Shown here: piece after piece, positions 61,101-64,000 of the stretch | Layout: every line of letters begins with the position of its first letter | How positions within the stretch are numbered: position 1 is the first letter of the stretch | From: Mobula hypostoma | Lineage: Eukaryota | Assembly: GCF_963921235.1 (NCBI RefSeq) | Contig: NC_086109.1 | Location: 1,552,001-1,616,000 of the forward strand | Direction: 5' to 3' | Length of the DNA: 64,000 nucleotides | Notes under the pieces: model-generated | What the model saw: the letters and a program-made list of their open reading frames with translations, nothing else | What the model was told of the DNA's origin: nothing | Databases searched by the model: none | Position numbers and translations under genes: made by a program

Positions 61101-64000
61101 CTCCTCACCTCCCCACCTCCCCACTTCCCCACCTCCCCACTTCCTCACCTCCCCTCCTCCCCACTTCCCCACCTCCCCACTTCCCCACCTCCCCACCTCC
61201 CCACTTCCCCACTTCCTCACCTCCCCACCTCCCCACTTCCCGACCTCCTCACTTCCTCACCTCCCCACTTCCCCACCTCCCCACCTCCCCACTTCCCCAC
61301 CTCCCCACCTCCCCACTTCCTCACCTCCCCACTTCCTCACCTCCCCTCCTCCCCACTTCCCCACCTCCCCACTTCCTCACCTCCCCACCTCCCCACCTCC
61401 CCACTTCCCCACCTCCCCACTTCCCCACCTCCCCACTTCCTCACCTCCCCACCTCCCCACCTCCCCACTTCCCCACTTCCTCACCTCCCCACTTCCTCAC
61501 CTCCCCACCTCCCCACTTCCTCACCTCCCCACTTCCTCACCTCCCCACCTCCCCACTTCCCCACCTCCCCACTTCCTCACCTCCCCACCTCCCCTCCTCC
61601 CCACTTCCCCACCTCCCCACTTCCCACCTTCCTCACCTCCCCACCTCCCCACCTCCCCACTTCCCCACCTCCCCACCTCCCCACCTCCCCACTTCCTCAC
61701 CTTCCCCACCTCCCCACTTCCTCACCTCCCCACTTCCTCACCTCCCCTCCTCCCCACTTCCCCACCTCCCCACTTCCTCACCTCCCCACCTCCCCACCTC
61801 CCCACCTCCCCACTTCCCCACCTCCCCACCTCCCCCCTCCCACTTCCCCACCTCCCCACTCCCCACCTCCCCACTTCCTCACCTCCCACCTCCCACCTCC
61901 CCACTCCCCACCTCCCCACTCCTCACCTCCCCCACCTCCCACCCACTTCCCCAACTCCCCACTTCCCACCTTCCTCACCTCCCCACCTCCCCACTTCCCC
62001 AGCTCCCCACTTCCTCACCTCCCCACTTCCTCACCTCCCCACCTCCCCACTTCCTCACCTCCCCACCTCCCCACCTCCCCACCTCCCCACTTCCCCACCT
62101 CTTCACCTCCCCACCTCCTCACCTCCCCACTTCCTCACCTCCCCACCTCCTCAACTCCCCACCTCCTCACTTCCCCACCTCCCCACTTCCCACCTTCCTC
62201 ACCTCCCCACCTCCCCACCTCCCCACTTCCCCACCTCCCCACTTCCTCACCTCCCCACTTCCCCACCTCCCCACCTCCCCACTTCCTCACCTCCCCACTT
62301 CCTCACCTCCCCACCTCCTCAACTTCCCCACCTCCCCACTTCCCCACCTCCCCACTTCCTCACCTCCCCTCCTCCCCACTTCCCCACCTCCCCACTTCCT
62401 CACCTCCCCACTTCCTCACCTCCCCTCCTCCCCACCTCCCCACCTCCCCACTTCCTCACCTCCCCACCTCCCCACCTCCCCACCTCCCCACTTCCTCACC
62501 TCCCCACCTCCTCACCTCCCCACCTCCCCACTTCCCCACCTCCCCACTTCCCCACCTCCCCACTTCCTCACCTCCCCTCCTCCCCACTTCCCCACTTCCC
62601 CACCTCCCCACTTCCCCACCTCCCCACTTCCTCACTTCCTCACCTCCCCACCTCCCCACCTCCCCACTTCCTCACCTCCCCACTTCCTCACCTCCCCACC
62701 TCCCCACTTCCTCACCTCCCCACTTCCTCACCTCCCCACCTCCCCACTTCCCCACCTCCCCACCTCCCCACTTCCTCACCTCCCCACTTCCTCACCTCCC
62801 CTCCTCCCCACTTCCCACCTCCCCACTTCCTCACCTCCCCACCTCCCCACTTCCCCAACTCCCCACTTCCCCACCTCCCCACTTCCTCACCTCCCCTCCT
62901 CCCCACTTCCCCACCTCCCCACTTCCCCACCTCCCCACCTCCTCACCTCCCCACCTCCCCACTTCCCCACTTCCCCACCTCCCCACTTCCTCACCTCCCC
63001 ACTTCTTCACCTCCCCACCTCCTCAACTCCCCACCTACCCACTTCCCCACCTCCCCACCTCCTCACCTCCCAACCTCCCCACCTCCCCACCTCCCCACCT
63101 CCTCACCTCCCCACCTCCCACCTCCCCACCTCCCCACTTCCCCACCTCCCCACCTCCCCACTTCCTCACCTCCCCACCTCCTCACCTCCCCACCTCACCT
63201 CCCCACTTCCCCACCTCCCCACTTCCTCACCTCCCCACCTCCCCACCTCCCCACCTCCCCACTCCCACTCCCTCCCACCTCCCCACCTCCCACCTCCCAC
63301 TCCACCTCCCCACCTCCCCACCTCCCCACCTCCCCACTTCCTCACCTCCCCACTTCCTCACCTCCCCACCTCCCCACTTCCCCACCTCCCCACCTCCCCA
63401 CCTCCCCACTTCCTCACCTCCCCACCTCCCCACCTCCCCACTTCCCCACCTCCCCACTTCCCCACCTCCCCACCTCCCCACCTCCCCACCTCCCCACTTC
63501 CCCACCTCCCCACCTCCTCACCTCCCCACCTCCTCACCTCCCCACCTCCTCACCTCCCCACCTCCTCACCTCCCCACCTCCTCACCTCCCCACCTCCCCA
63601 CTTCCCCACCTCCTCACCTCCCCACCTCCCCACTTCCCCACCTCCCCACCTCCCCACCTCCTCACCTCCCCACCTCCCCACTTCCCCACCTCCCCACTTC
63701 CCCACCTCCCCACTTCCTCACCTCCCACTCACCTCCCCACCTCCCCACCTCCCACTCCCACCTCACTCCCACCCCACTCCCACCTCCTCACTCCCCTCCC
63801 CATCCACCCCACCTCCCCACCTCCCACCCCTCCTCCTCACCTCCCCACCTCCTCACCTCCCCACCTCCCCACCTCCCCACTTCCCCACCTCCCACCTTCC
63901 CCACCTCCCCACCCCCACCTCCTCACTTCCTCCCACCTCTCCCACCTCCCACTTCCTCACCTCCCTCACCTCCCCACTCCTCACCTCCCCACCTCCCACC
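43131..64000. repeat. Very long 8-bp satellite (YTCCYCAC)n, roughly 2,600 units, running off the window end
   Basis: Units ctccccac, ttccccac, ttcctcac and ctcccctc with occasional 7- and 9-bp variants; the + strand is almost G-free. Confidence 0.98.

Noticed and set aside
43287..63505. Many G/W/E/R-rich minus-strand ORFs
   Set aside because: Same satellite read on the other strand.

Overview
Eukaryotic, repeat-dense DNA, most likely from a cartilaginous fish (inferred from HE1/V-SINE-like, CR1, Rex1, RTE and Penelope-like repeats). It has three zones. (1) 1-13.7 kb: I assembled by hand a complete six-exon minus-strand gene that the ORF track misses. It encodes a 291-aa CD2/SLAM-family receptor (signal peptide, Cys-less IgV, IgC2, TM, short tail). 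The tail carries YENI-x8-YTTI, i.e. ITAM spacing, and the second tyrosine is also an ITSM (TVYTTI). (2) 13.7-43 kb: nested, decayed transposons. A PNMA-type-Gag Gypsy element sits inside a Rex1 LINE and itself contains Tx1 and CR1>RTE>CR1 insertions. A hAT (ZMYM1/Tip100-like) transposon sits inside an older CR1. There is also a solo LTR and a Penelope fragment with a minimal hammerhead ribozyme motif. (3) 43.1 kb to the window end: a >20.8-kb 8-bp (YTCCYCAC)n satellite with kb-scale higher-order duplications; its 4997-aa 'ORF' is an artefact. No database searches were possible: family calls rest on motif recognition, and many repeat boundaries are approximate.
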